Part shown: positions 10,031 to 19,839 of the stretch, in pieces | How the letters are laid out: each line of letters opens with the position of its first letter | Position numbering within the stretch: position 1 is the first letter of the stretch | DNA from: Spirochaetia bacterium | GTDB taxonomy: Bacteria > Spirochaetota > Spirochaetia > SP-2023 | Length of the DNA stretch: 64,000 nucleotides | Assembly (NCBI GenBank): GCA_965263295.1 | Contig: OZ253665.1 | Location: 1,312,001 to 1,376,000 of the forward strand | Direction of reading: 5' to 3' | The notes under the pieces: model-generated | The model's database searches: none | What the model was told of the DNA's origin: nothing | What the model saw: only the letters and a program-made list of their open reading frames with translations | Made by a program: the position numbers and the translations under genes

Positions 10031-10744
10031 ATGTTGCGAAGGCAGCTCCTACGCCTGGCACTGCTGGGAGTACTGCTCGTTGCTGCTTGCCAAAGCGCCG
10101 CCATTCGGCCAAGAGCGCCAAGTATGTCAAGTGCGGCAAATTCGTCAAGCGCACCCGGCAACTTAAAAAACACTCGCCAAACTTACGCGCCCCAAACCAC
10201 AGAAACAGAAGTGCCCCAAACAAAAACCAAATCCTTTACGCCTCAATCCCCAGAGATTACTCTTGCCAAGCCGGCAGGGCCGGCGGCAGAAACAACCGAA
10301 ACCGCAACAACCGTCCTTGACAAGGAAGAGACAAAGTCGAGGCACCCGTCTGGTCTGCTCGGTCGCTATGAAGTTTTTAACGCCGTTGCAATCGGGACTT
10401 CCAGACTTGGCCAGATCAAGCCTGGCGAATATTACTGGGGCAGTTTTGTGGTTACGGCAGAACGCAAATTACGCTTTTTTGTCGACGCAAAGCTACAGCA
10501 AAAATACCAAAGCTACTTTACCGAGCGAGACTTAAAAACGGCTAATTTTAGTATTTGCGGAGAGCTGCCGGCGAGCGGAGACCTGAGCCGCCTGTATTTT
10601 ACAACCCCGCGCCAGTCCGGCTTTTTATTCAGCGGCTCCATCCGGAGCCGCAAAGGTATGACTAACCTAGTACCCCTTTACTACCAGGGGCGCTTAGTCC
10701 GCGTCAAATTCACCAAGCGCCCGCTGCAATTAGGCCGGCAATAA
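10031..10744 (+). CDS. Hypothetical lipoprotein
   Basis: MLRRQLLRLALLGVLLVAAC lipobox at ATG 10031; Thr/Pro-rich linker then a globular C-terminus (ORF track start is 9911). Confidence 0.65.
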   Translation: MLRRQLLRLALLGVLLVAACQSAAIRPRAPSMSSAANSSSAPGNLKNTRQTYAPQTTETEVPQTKTKSFTPQSPEITLAKPAGPAAETTETATTVLDKEETKSRHPSGLLGRYEVFNAVAIGTSRLGQIKPGEYYWGSFVVTAERKLRFFVDAKLQQKYQSYFTERDLKTANFSICGELPASGDLSRLYFTTPRQSGFLFSGSIRSRKGMTNLVPLYYQGRLVRVKFTKRPLQLGRQ

Positions 10745-10770
10745 CCGGCAGCCAGCCTCCCAGACTTTGT

Positions 10771-10868
10771 CGTTTTCTTTAAATCCAAATCCCTTTTTCC
10801 AGCAAACGGCCAATACGTTTGGACATGGCCAAGGGGTCGGCAATAAGCAGACCGGCGGCCAGCTGGGC
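10771..10868 (-). repeat. 98-bp direct repeat, copy 1 (displaced duplicate of the htpG 3' end)
   Basis: Identical base for base to 11644-11741. Confidence 0.95.
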
Positions 10869-10876
10869 TAGCATCT

Positions 10877-11515
10877 CTAAAAAAAATAGGTTATGGGGTA
10901 CACAAGAGCCTGGTAGAGTGTAAATTGAAAATGTCCTTCAAAGAACAGAGGAGCAGCCAGCCTAGTAAAGATCAGCCTATAACTGGAGAGTAATACAAGC
11001 CAAATCACGAGCGTAATTAAAGTTTTCTTAAAAAGGCCAACAACTGTTTGGTCTGCAATTTCATTAGCAACTCCCACTGAAGATCGTCCCGTGATCCAAA
11101 AGCCCAATCGACTCCCAAAAGAGTTAGCTAGTCTTATTTCAGATTCTTGATAAGCTTCATCATAGATTTTATCTCTAAGGTACTCTTTAAGGTTAAATCG
11201 ATAAACAATAATAAATTTTAAAGTAAGAGGAGTATTACGGATGAATGAGACAAGGCATGAAACCACATAGGAAAGATACAAACTACAGGCCCAATACTTC
11301 GCAGCCGACTCGGAGAAGTAAAAGACAGCCCAACATGCCAAGAAACCAATCAGACTGATTATAATCCCAACAATGCCTTTTATGATGGAAACCTGAATCT
11401 CTTTCCAGACTTGAGATGAAGCCTCGGTGATCCCCTGTTCTATCCTGTTTTCGATTAAGGCATTAACTCCTAGCCTGATGCCGTAAATGGCAACAGGCAC
11501 AAGTATCTGAATCAC
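10877..11515 (-). CDS. Hypothetical AT-rich multi-pass membrane protein (cassette cargo)
   Basis: 212-aa ORF, GTG start with a G-rich RBS, 3-4 hydrophobic segments; lies between the two 98-bp repeats. Confidence 0.75.
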   Translation of the reverse strand: MIQILVPVAIYGIRLGVNALIENRIEQGITEASSQVWKEIQVSIIKGIVGIIISLIGFLACWAVFYFSESAAKYWACSLYLSYVVSCLVSFIRNTPLTLKFIIVYRFNLKEYLRDKIYDEAYQESEIRLANSFGSRLGFWITGRSSVGVANEIADQTVVGLFKKTLITLVIWLVLLSSYRLIFTRLAAPLFFEGHFQFTLYQALVYPITYFF

Positions 11516-11643
11516 GTCAATTTTCCCCCATGATCTTACCCCAGAGAGACCTTAGCAAAATTTTCAGAGAAATGAAATTAGCATTTTATTATAACCAACC
11601 GAAGATGCACAGCTACCAAAACCATACAATCCCCTGATTTTGC

Positions 11644-11741
11644 CGTTTTCTTTAAATCCAAATCCCTTTTTCCAGCAAACGGCCAATACGTTTGGACATG
11701 GCCAAGGGGTCGGCAATAAGCAGACCGGCGGCCAGCTGGGC
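11644..11741 (-). repeat. 98-bp direct repeat, copy 2 (within the htpG 3' end and stop)
   Basis: Identical to 10771-10868; covers the last ~29 codons and the stop of htpG. Confidence 0.95.
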
Positions 11742-13592
11742 CTGTTCCAGTAAAAGGTGGGCAACATCACTAATGTCGGCATCGGCTGAAGTGGTAATGC
11801 GCTCGTGCAGTCTCTGAACAATCGTATGGTCTGCGTTGATTTCCAAAATGGGCTTGGCCGCTGGAGCCTCCTGCCCCATGGCCCTCATCATTTGTTGCAA
11901 CTGCGCGGAAGGGTCGTTTTGGTCATCAATCACACAGGCCGGCGATTCCGTCAGACGCAATGAAAGCGTGACGTCCTTTACCTCATTCTGCAATACTTCT
12001 TTTAGCTTTTCGAGCAACTTACCATACTCTTTGCTCTTTGACTCCTGTTCTTTGTCGCTCCCCTCATCCTTTAGTTCGTCCGTGCTGCCTGCTCGATTGA
12101 CTCCCTTAATCGGCAAGTGCTTGTCGTCGAACTTGTAAGGTCCCAATTGGGAAGCAATAATCTCGTCGATCTCATCATCGAGAATTAAAACCTCAAGGCC
12201 CTTCTTTTTGTAGGCTTCTAGCAATGGAGAATTTTGCAACTGTTCGGCTTTGTGACCCGTAATATAATAAATGCTTTGCTGGGCGTCCTTCATGCGCTGA
12301 CAATATTCTTGCAGGGAAGTCCAGCCCTCGGCACCTTCCTTGCCCACGGTCACGGTGGAGCGAAAACGGATCAACTGCTGTAACTCTTCGCGATGCTCAT
12401 AATCACTGTACAAACCTTCCTTCAGCGGTCGGTTGTACTGTTCAATAAACTTGATATATTTTTCTTTGTCGTTTTTAGCCAGCAGGGCAAACTCACCCAG
12501 CAATTTCTTGACCGATGCCTTGCGAATCTGCTGCAATATGCGATTCTGTTGCAGGATTTCGCGGCTGACATTCAAAGGTAAATCTTCAGAATCAATAATA
12601 CCGCGGACAAAACGCAAGTAGACCGGCAGAAACTCTCGGTTGTCGTCACTGATAAATACCCGCCGGACATAAAGTTTGAGGCCAGAGCGGTAATCCGCTT
12701 GATACATGTCAAAGGGCGCTTTCTCCGGCACAAAGAACAGCGAAGTATACTCCAGCGTCCCCTCAGCCTGGGTATGGATCGTCTGCCAAGGCTCACAAGT
12801 ATCGTGGGCCAGGCTCTGAAAGAATTCCTTGTATTCTTCTTCTGCAATCTCCGATTTAGGGCGCTTCCACAGGGCTGAAGCGCTGTTGCACTGCTCGTCC
12901 TTGCATTCTTTGCCGTCCTTCTTTTCGCCTTTCTCGTCATATTGATCCTGATAACTCTTAAGAAAGATGGGGAAGGCCACATGGTTGGAGTACTTTTGAA
13001 TCACGCGCTCCAGACTCCAACGGGTGTTAAAACCTTCGCTGCCCTCGCGACCTTGGGCATCTTCGTTGAAATGCAGGGTAACTGTAGTACCGTGGTCCTC
13101 GCGCTCCGCTTCTGTCAATGTGTACTCTTCACTGCCATCGCTAATCCACTGGTATGCCTTCTCGCAGAGGGCTCTCTTCGTCAATACCTCTACCTTGTCG
13201 GCCACCATGAAAGCCGAGTAGAAACCCACGCCAAATTGACCAATTAAATTGGAATCCTTCTTCTGATCCTCGCCGAGAGAACTAAGGAACTTCTTAGTTC
13301 CGCTGCTGGCGACAGTCCCGAGATTCTCCGCCAGGTCCTCTTCATCCATGCCAATGCCATTGTCGATCACCTGTAGCTGCTTGCCATCCTCACTGAGTTC
13401 AATTTCAATTTTCGGATTGAATTCAAGACTTTTATAGGCCTCGTCTGTCAACGTCAGGTATTTAAGCTTGTCGATCGCATCGGAAGAGTTCGAAATGAGT
13501 TCGCGTAAAAAAATCTCGCGGTTTGAATAAAGTGAGTGGATCACTAAGTCTAAAATCTGTTTGACTTCGGTTTTAAACTTGCGTTTTCCCAT
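11652..13592 (-). CDS. htpG: Molecular chaperone HtpG (Hsp90)
   Basis: HSLYSNREIFLRELISNSSDA, DNGIGM, IGQFGVGFYSAF, DSEDLPLNVSREILQ, ILEIN. Confidence 0.98.
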   Translation of the reverse strand: MGKRKFKTEVKQILDLVIHSLYSNREIFLRELISNSSDAIDKLKYLTLTDEAYKSLEFNPKIEIELSEDGKQLQVIDNGIGMDEEDLAENLGTVASSGTKKFLSSLGEDQKKDSNLIGQFGVGFYSAFMVADKVEVLTKRALCEKAYQWISDGSEEYTLTEAEREDHGTTVTLHFNEDAQGREGSEGFNTRWSLERVIQKYSNHVAFPIFLKSYQDQYDEKGEKKDGKECKDEQCNSASALWKRPKSEIAEEEYKEFFQSLAHDTCEPWQTIHTQAEGTLEYTSLFFVPEKAPFDMYQADYRSGLKLYVRRVFISDDNREFLPVYLRFVRGIIDSEDLPLNVSREILQQNRILQQIRKASVKKLLGEFALLAKNDKEKYIKFIEQYNRPLKEGLYSDYEHREELQQLIRFRSTVTVGKEGAEGWTSLQEYCQRMKDAQQSIYYITGHKAEQLQNSPLLEAYKKKGLEVLILDDEIDEIIASQLGPYKFDDKHLPIKGVNRAGSTDELKDEGSDKEQESKSKEYGKLLEKLKEVLQNEVKDVTLSLRLTESPACVIDDQNDPSAQLQQMMRAMGQEAPAAKPILEINADHTIVQRLHERITTSADADISDVAHLLLEQAQLAAGLLIADPLAMSKRIGRLLEKGIWI

Positions 13593-13779
13593 AAATATTT
13601 CCTTCGTTTGCTCTAGTTTGGAATAAAAGTAAACAATTCATTGCCCGACGGCTAGAAAAATTTTACAGAAACGGCACTTTCGCGGATCAAGCGGACGCTA
13701 AGCCGGATTAAATAGCTTGCTTAAAATTCCAAGATAATTTACGATAAAGTATAAATTGCAACAGGAACGACAACACTAC

Positions 13780-14826
13780 ATGGAAAGACGCAAATTAGGC
13801 AGCTCCGATTTACAAGTCAGCAAAATCTGCCTGGGGACAATGACTTGGGGTTATCAAAACAGCGAAGCCGACGCTCACGCGCAAATGGACTACGCATTAG
13901 ATCGCGGGGTAAACTTCTGGGATACTGCGGAGCTTTACGCCGTGCCGCCATCTGCCGAAAGTTACGGCAAAACCGAAAGCTATATTGGGAAGTGGTTCGC
14001 CCAAACAGGTCGGCGCAAGGACGTTATCCTGGCCAGTAAAGTCGGCGGTTCAGGGCCGCAGTGGATTCGCACCGGCCGCGAGGGCTACACGCCTGAAGGC
14101 ATCCGCGAGGCCCTAGACAACAGCCTCAGGCGTTTACAGACAGACTACATTGACCTTTACCAGCTGCACTGGCCGCAGCGTCAGGTGCCCAAATTTGGCC
14201 TGCACGACTTTGAACCTTCCTGGCACAAAGACGATGATCGCCTAGAAGAAACCCTGGCCACTCTGGGCCAGCTAGTCGCCGCGGGCAAGATCCGCCATGT
14301 CGGCCTTTCGAATGAAACACCCTGGGGCGTCATGCGCTGTCTTGAACTCCAACGCCGCAATCCCGCTACATTGCCGCGCATCCAGAGTGTGCAAAATGCC
14401 TACAGCCTCGTAAACCGCATTGCCGACATCCACCTCTCGGAAGTTTTGCTGCGCGAACGGGTGTCCCTACTGCCGTATTCACCCCTGGCTGGCGGTCTTC
14501 TGAGTGGCAAATACCAAGGGGGGCAAAAACCGCAGGGAGCTCGTTTTACCACCTGGGGAGCCAGCCGCATGTCGCGCTACCTCAATTCGGACACCGATGC
14601 CGCTGTCAGCAATTATGTCTCTTTAGCTAAAGAATTTGGCATCAGTTCGGCAAGCCTGGCCAATGCGTTTGTCAACGATCGGCCTTTTGTCGCCAGCAAT
14701 ATCATCGGGGCAAGTACTATGGCCCAGCTTGAGGAAAATATCGACTCTGCCGAGCTGTGTCTCAGCAAAGAACTATTGGCCCGAATTGAAGAAATTCATT
14801 TGCGGCGGCCCAACCCTTCCGTTTAA
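13780..14826 (+). CDS. Aldo/keto reductase (Tas-like)
   Basis: ICLGTMTWG, DTAELY, SLRRLQTDYIDLYQLHWP, GLSNETPWG, YSPLAGGLLSGKY. Confidence 0.93.
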   Translation: MERRKLGSSDLQVSKICLGTMTWGYQNSEADAHAQMDYALDRGVNFWDTAELYAVPPSAESYGKTESYIGKWFAQTGRRKDVILASKVGGSGPQWIRTGREGYTPEGIREALDNSLRRLQTDYIDLYQLHWPQRQVPKFGLHDFEPSWHKDDDRLEETLATLGQLVAAGKIRHVGLSNETPWGVMRCLELQRRNPATLPRIQSVQNAYSLVNRIADIHLSEVLLRERVSLLPYSPLAGGLLSGKYQGGQKPQGARFTTWGASRMSRYLNSDTDAAVSNYVSLAKEFGISSASLANAFVNDRPFVASNIIGASTMAQLEENIDSAELCLSKELLARIEEIHLRRPNPSV

Positions 14827-14898
14827 TTTTTGCACAAATAGTCAGACAATCCAGTCAATATAACAAGAAGGTTTACAAAGACTAAGGTACCGGAGGCA

Positions 14899-15687
14899 AT
14901 GATGAATAAAAAGCAGTATATGACATTTTTTCTACTATTAGTTTTGGGCCATTTCACAAATACCTCACTCAAAGGACAAGAGGCCGAAGCAGGAGAGAAC
15001 AATCAAACGAATTCCGATGAGCAAGATGAATCCATCGTTACCGATGATCATCTACTGAAGTTACAGCGCAGCTATTTGCTCAACTTAATGGTCTATAGCG
15101 ATGATCCTGGCGAAAAACCTCTCGCATTACAACGTCTGAGCCAACTGATTGACTCCGGCCAACTGCAACAGGATGACGAGCTGACCATCAACACTCTGTT
15201 GCGTTTGGCTCAGCAAGGTACAGCGCAAAAGAATTACGACAACGATGGCAACCTTACCAACAATAATTTTCTTGTGCGCGCCGCTGCCTGCAATCTAATG
15301 GGCAAACTGGGGGGCAATATAGTCAAAGCAAGTCTGGTTTCAATCATGGAAAGCGATAATGAACCAACTATTGTCGCCATCGCGATGGAAAATATTCTGA
15401 AGATAGACCCGCAAGGTAGCCCGACTCTAATTGAAAATATAGTCTCAAATTTCTATAAATATCATTACACCAATCGAGACAATGCACTTGCCAATACTTT
15501 CATTTATGTGGCCGCCGCATATGCGGCCAACAGTGATGGCAAACTGCTTTCACCCGCTTTATTACAGGCCGTTCACGATGTAAGCCTGCCAAGTAATTCA
15601 TATACAACAGCTATTCGAACCAAAGCCCGTTCACTGATACTTAACTGGAGTGGCGCGAGTTACCCGAAATATGAAGATGCCCAATAG
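14899..15687 (+). CDS. Exported HEAT-repeat-like protein
   Basis: Signal peptide; VRAAACNLMGKLGG, DNEPTIVAIA helical repeats. Confidence 0.65.
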   Translation: MMNKKQYMTFFLLLVLGHFTNTSLKGQEAEAGENNQTNSDEQDESIVTDDHLLKLQRSYLLNLMVYSDDPGEKPLALQRLSQLIDSGQLQQDDELTINTLLRLAQQGTAQKNYDNDGNLTNNNFLVRAAACNLMGKLGGNIVKASLVSIMESDNEPTIVAIAMENILKIDPQGSPTLIENIVSNFYKYHYTNRDNALANTFIYVAAAYAANSDGKLLSPALLQAVHDVSLPSNSYTTAIRTKARSLILNWSGASYPKYEDAQ

Positions 15688-15839
15688 TTTTTACACCTTT
15701 GGAGATGGGGGCGAATCAGGATGAATTATGGAATGATTAAAGGACTGGACGTCAGTTGTGCTTTTGTCGCGAAAGAAAAACAAGAGTTGCTCAATTGAAT
15801 TTTTGTAAAGTTCTGCTAAAAATATAAAATAGGTTCATT

Positions 15840-16307
15840 ATGCTAGCAATAATTCTGATATTTATAGGTGGAGGTATCGGATCGGCTAGCCGTCACCTAG
15901 TTTCAATCAAAGTTGCAAAGCTGATACGGAACGGCTGGCCTGACTGGCTAGTATGGCAAGATTTTTCGTTGGCAACCCTACTTGTCAATATCCTGGGGAG
16001 TTTTGTTCTGGGATTTCTGGCTGTACTATACCGCCAATATATTTGTACCTCAACCCCGATGGCCCCTTCAATGGGCCTATTAAAGGTGCAACTATGGCAG
16101 CAGGTTTATATTCCCTTAATTTTTACTGGGTTTTGCGGTGGCTTCACCACTTTCTCATCGTATATGTTAGATATTTATTCTCAGTTTTTAGCGGGCCACT
16201 TTGTCGGAGCCGGAGTTGTCTTAAGCCTGCACATTGTTCTAGGCCTGCTTTTTGCCGGCTTGGGCGTAGGCTTGGCGGGACTATTGATTTGGCTAATAAA
16301 ACTTTAA
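15840..16307 (+). CDS. crcB: Fluoride efflux channel CrcB/Fluc
   Basis: GGGIGSASR, TLLVNILGSFVLG, GFCGGFTTFSSY. Confidence 0.92.
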   Translation: MLAIILIFIGGGIGSASRHLVSIKVAKLIRNGWPDWLVWQDFSLATLLVNILGSFVLGFLAVLYRQYICTSTPMAPSMGLLKVQLWQQVYIPLIFTGFCGGFTTFSSYMLDIYSQFLAGHFVGAGVVLSLHIVLGLLFAGLGVGLAGLLIWLIKL

Positions 16308-16503
16308 AAATATACATTCTGGGAACCTTACAACTGGCATCTGAGCCCTCGGACTCAAGAATTTCTAAAATTTAGTGGAGAAAGTACTGGAAACTCAAAG
16401 GTAAAACCTTCAAAATATATTTGATATTGTCGGTCAATGTACAGTCCGAACATCAATATAGGTCTAGCAGATTTCGCTTGTGTGAGGGGATTGAGCTTCA
16501 GGA

Positions 16504-17586
16504 ATGGAAACTATAGTGTTATCAAAACAAAAGTGGCTGCAAATTGCATATCTTTGCAGACAAATACGGATCCAGCTCGGCGGTTTGATTTTATACCTGA
16601 CAATGTTTTTGGGCTTTTTTTCAAACCATACTAATGCACTATTTGCGCAAGAAAAAATGGTTTACACGATTTCCCTCTATTCTGAGAGCAGTCGTGGTTC
16701 AAGTTTGAAGCTAGATACCGACAGTGGCTGGCTACCTGTCTCGACCATTTCGCGCGAATTATTCAACCGAGTTCCCAAACCCGCCAAAGGTGTTCTACGA
16801 AAGTGGCGTATACGGGCCGACTATGTGGAATTTGATACCCAGAAAAAAGCTGCCCTGGAAGTACTCTTTGAACCCCAAGAGGGTAAGCCCCTAGTTTTCG
16901 TCTTGCCTTGGAAAGATCGCAGTTTTGTTTCGCTGCAATCTGACCGCAGCAATTGGTTCATTCCCTACAACGAAGAGGAAGGCACACTAATCGACAGCGA
17001 GGCCAAAGTCTCCTTCCGCGTAGTTACTGAAGTCGGTAGTGGTGCAAGCCTAAATCTATCCGAAGCCGTTCTTGAAGCTTGGGACGTAGTAGTTACAGAA
17101 ACCCAAATTGCTTCTGGGCCTAGCCTGCCAAACATTGGCGAATCCGCTAACGATCATTTGATTGAGCTCTATCGCCAGGATGCTCTTCAATTTTCTCTGG
17201 ACTTTGTCAAGTATGGCCTCAATGGCCAACTGCCTAAATATTACTACTCTCAGGCTTCAACTATTTATGGCTTAGAAGACGGCAAAGCATACTCTGTATA
17301 TCGTTGGCCTCCACCGCAAAAAGACTATGGCGATGTATTCATCAACCTTTTTGTCAAGAACTATCGCTATAAAATTTATGACTACAATGAAATGAAAGAA
17401 ATTTATCCGGAGTGGTTTTCAAGGCGGCGCCAGTGGGCACCCAGCAAGACCAGTTATCTATTTGTCGGCGATCAAGTGCTTGTTGGCGGCGTTGATTTTG
17501 TCAGTGATAATATCCTCAAATTCGTAGTAGAATACCGAAAAGGTCGTTGGCAAGTTGTCGCCCGTCCGCTGGAAGCCAATAACTAA
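16504..17586 (+). CDS. Hypothetical exported protein
   Basis: 360-aa ORF with an N-terminal hydrophobic/signal segment; start uncertain. Confidence 0.7.
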   Translation: METIVLSKQKWLQIAYLCRQIRIQLGGLILYLTMFLGFFSNHTNALFAQEKMVYTISLYSESSRGSSLKLDTDSGWLPVSTISRELFNRVPKPAKGVLRKWRIRADYVEFDTQKKAALEVLFEPQEGKPLVFVLPWKDRSFVSLQSDRSNWFIPYNEEEGTLIDSEAKVSFRVVTEVGSGASLNLSEAVLEAWDVVVTETQIASGPSLPNIGESANDHLIELYRQDALQFSLDFVKYGLNGQLPKYYYSQASTIYGLEDGKAYSVYRWPPPQKDYGDVFINLFVKNYRYKIYDYNEMKEIYPEWFSRRRQWAPSKTSYLFVGDQVLVGGVDFVSDNILKFVVEYRKGRWQVVARPLEANN

Positions 17587-17598
17587 TCCATTCTAAAA

Positions 17599-17646
17599 TA
17601 ATCTAAAAAAGGCCAGGGCAATTCCCCCTAGGCCTTTTTTAGATTA
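17599..17646 (+). terminator. Intrinsic terminator-like hairpin
   Basis: TAATCTAAAAAAGGCC...GGCCTTTTTTAGATTA inverted repeat with A/T tracts on both sides. Confidence 0.7.
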
Positions 17647-17763
17647 AAGTAATTCCCATACGGGCAAGCCACCTGAATATCTAACTCTAAAATTACTGTG
17701 TCACACTTAGTCCCATAATCACAATATAGACAGACCTAAAAAAAGTAGGCAGATCAATAATTT

Positions 17764-19800
17764 ATGGCAAAACAAAGTAATCAAGAACAGCATGTCAGCC
17801 TAAGTCAATCCTTTCAAAAAATGAATGATGAAGTTTCAAAAAGTGTATTGCATGAAAACTTACAGAATGAGGGCCATCCGAAAAGCGACGCACAAGTTAA
17901 AAGTGACACCTCCCCTCCGCGGAAAATAGATTCCACCGAATTACCTGAGCACAACAGAGAAAAGATTCCAAAGCAATCTAGCGGAGCAGAGACCCCGGCC
18001 AAACCACTAAATTTTACGAGTACCGATCCGGTAGAAGAAGGACGTCTGCGCCATTTTTTGCGTCAGCTGGCTCGGCTATGTAACTTGCGCGGAGATATAA
18101 TTCCCAGAGCCCAGGAATCTCTGTTGCAAAAGTTTTTCTTAAACCGCCGGGATCGCCACCATTTACAACAGATGAGCCATGCCCATGCGCTCCGCTCTGA
18201 AGAAGCATTAAAAAGAGGAAATGCCAATTTATCCCTGCTGGAGCGAATTGAAGCCTGGCGTAAGATGCCACGCGACCTGAGCCTACTCCTAGATGTAGCC
18301 GAAGCCTATATTGAGCCGGGAAATTTTGCCAAAGAGCGAACTCTGAAAGTTCAAAATGCTAGGGCAAGCTTACCGGGTTTGCAAGCGAGCAAGTCAAACA
18401 AGTCCTCAGAACGACCAGAAGCTCCAGCAGAGCCAGTGGGGTCTACAAACATCGACAAAGGCCAAGCAAAGCAGAAACGGGCAAACGCTAAGCAACACAA
18501 AAATAAAGCGGCGAAGCGAGCTCGTAAACAAAATAAGAAGAATGCGCGGCAACTGTTCCAGTTGAACGCCTGGCAGTACCGTCGCCAGTCACTCAACTAC
18601 CTTAAAAAAGCCGTAGAGTTATCTATTGGCTTGGAGACGGAAAACCAGCAGGAAGGAGGCAGAACTTCAGACTATCTGAGCCGAGAACTCGCGCGACTGC
18701 AAAAATTGCAACAGAATTACCCCAGTATCAATTGGGAGCACTACACAGAAAAAATCCGTGCCTTGCAGGGACGACCGCGCAGGCGTTGGCCCCAAGTCAT
18801 TCTCGTTCTATTCGTGCTAGCTCTATCCACTTTGTTTTTTTTCTATCTGCCCTGGCGCAATTGGCTCTTCACTGTTCCCGAACGCCCGGCAGAAAAGACA
18901 GTTGAACGACCCAAAACCAGCGAGCAGACAATGCTCAATACACCTGTGCCTGTAGAATGGAGCGTTCCCCCCGAACAGGATCAAGACTTTGACAGAGCAA
19001 TTCAAAAGTCGCAAAGGTTTAAACTTAACCAGCATTACGTCTACGAAGTACAAGGCCACATTCGGCTCAAACCTGGCAAGCCAAATAAAAACGGAAATGG
19101 GGCAAGCGCTAACCTGGCTGATGAAACTGGCCGCTGGAAGCACTTGCAAGCTGCTCCACCTTTTGACCTCCTCCTGACTTACGAGCACAAAGGCCAGAAG
19201 TTTCACAAGCAGATAACATTTTCTTATGGCAATGATTCACAGCCCAACGAAGCACAGAATGCCCAATTAATGCGAGGTGATACCGTCTTGTTTCGCCAAG
19301 TATTCCGCTTGCCGGATGGGCCATCCAGCGACGATCGGCTACGGGCCCAATTGGCTAAAGTCGGCGAGCCGGCACCTTCGCGCATTGTAGATTTTCGTGA
19401 AGGAGGTTTTGCCCAGCCCCTACAGAGTATTGACCGACAAGGAAACCCAGTACCCAATCTAAATATGGCCTTCCGCGAGAAGGTCCAGATCGACGATGGC
19501 CAAAAAGTGCGCCTGTTAGGCTATGACCTAGAACTGCAAAATAGCAGTAAGCTCCCTTTGGACGAGTACGAATTACAATTGATCTGGCGCCAGGAGGATG
19601 GCATTCGCAGCAAAGAGAATTCTCCCGTATTACTGGAACGCAACTATCAAATGATTTCAGCTAGCGGCAGTAACCTTCCCGGACAATCCCGCACGGTCCA
19701 ACGTTTGTGGTTGCAAATACCAGAAGACTTAAACTATGCGGTAGAACAGCTAACCCCACAGGTGCGAATTGTGGAGAACCGCTTTGCCGCCAAACCTTAA
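17764..19800 (+). CDS. Hypothetical single-pass membrane protein
   Basis: 678-aa ORF with a central TM segment (WPQVILVLFVLALSTLFFFYLPW) preceded by RPRRR. Confidence 0.75.
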   Translation: MAKQSNQEQHVSLSQSFQKMNDEVSKSVLHENLQNEGHPKSDAQVKSDTSPPRKIDSTELPEHNREKIPKQSSGAETPAKPLNFTSTDPVEEGRLRHFLRQLARLCNLRGDIIPRAQESLLQKFFLNRRDRHHLQQMSHAHALRSEEALKRGNANLSLLERIEAWRKMPRDLSLLLDVAEAYIEPGNFAKERTLKVQNARASLPGLQASKSNKSSERPEAPAEPVGSTNIDKGQAKQKRANAKQHKNKAAKRARKQNKKNARQLFQLNAWQYRRQSLNYLKKAVELSIGLETENQQEGGRTSDYLSRELARLQKLQQNYPSINWEHYTEKIRALQGRPRRRWPQVILVLFVLALSTLFFFYLPWRNWLFTVPERPAEKTVERPKTSEQTMLNTPVPVEWSVPPEQDQDFDRAIQKSQRFKLNQHYVYEVQGHIRLKPGKPNKNGNGASANLADETGRWKHLQAAPPFDLLLTYEHKGQKFHKQITFSYGNDSQPNEAQNAQLMRGDTVLFRQVFRLPDGPSSDDRLRAQLAKVGEPAPSRIVDFREGGFAQPLQSIDRQGNPVPNLNMAFREKVQIDDGQKVRLLGYDLELQNSSKLPLDEYELQLIWRQEDGIRSKENSPVLLERNYQMISASGSNLPGQSRTVQRLWLQIPEDLNYAVEQLTPQVRIVENRFAAKP

Positions 19801-19839
19801 TAACATAAAAAATTTTTCCTGCACGTTTATCTCTGAACC

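Noticed and set aside
10771..11741. Diversity-generating retroelement TR/VR pair
   Set aside because: The copies are identical over 98 bp with no adenine-specific differences, and there is no reverse transcriptase in the window
15700..15770. Fluoride riboswitch upstream of crcB (starts GGAGATGG)
   Set aside because: Lacks the complementary TTC.CC closing strand and the GCTGATGAC pseudoknot partner; only an Infernal RF01734 search could rescue it
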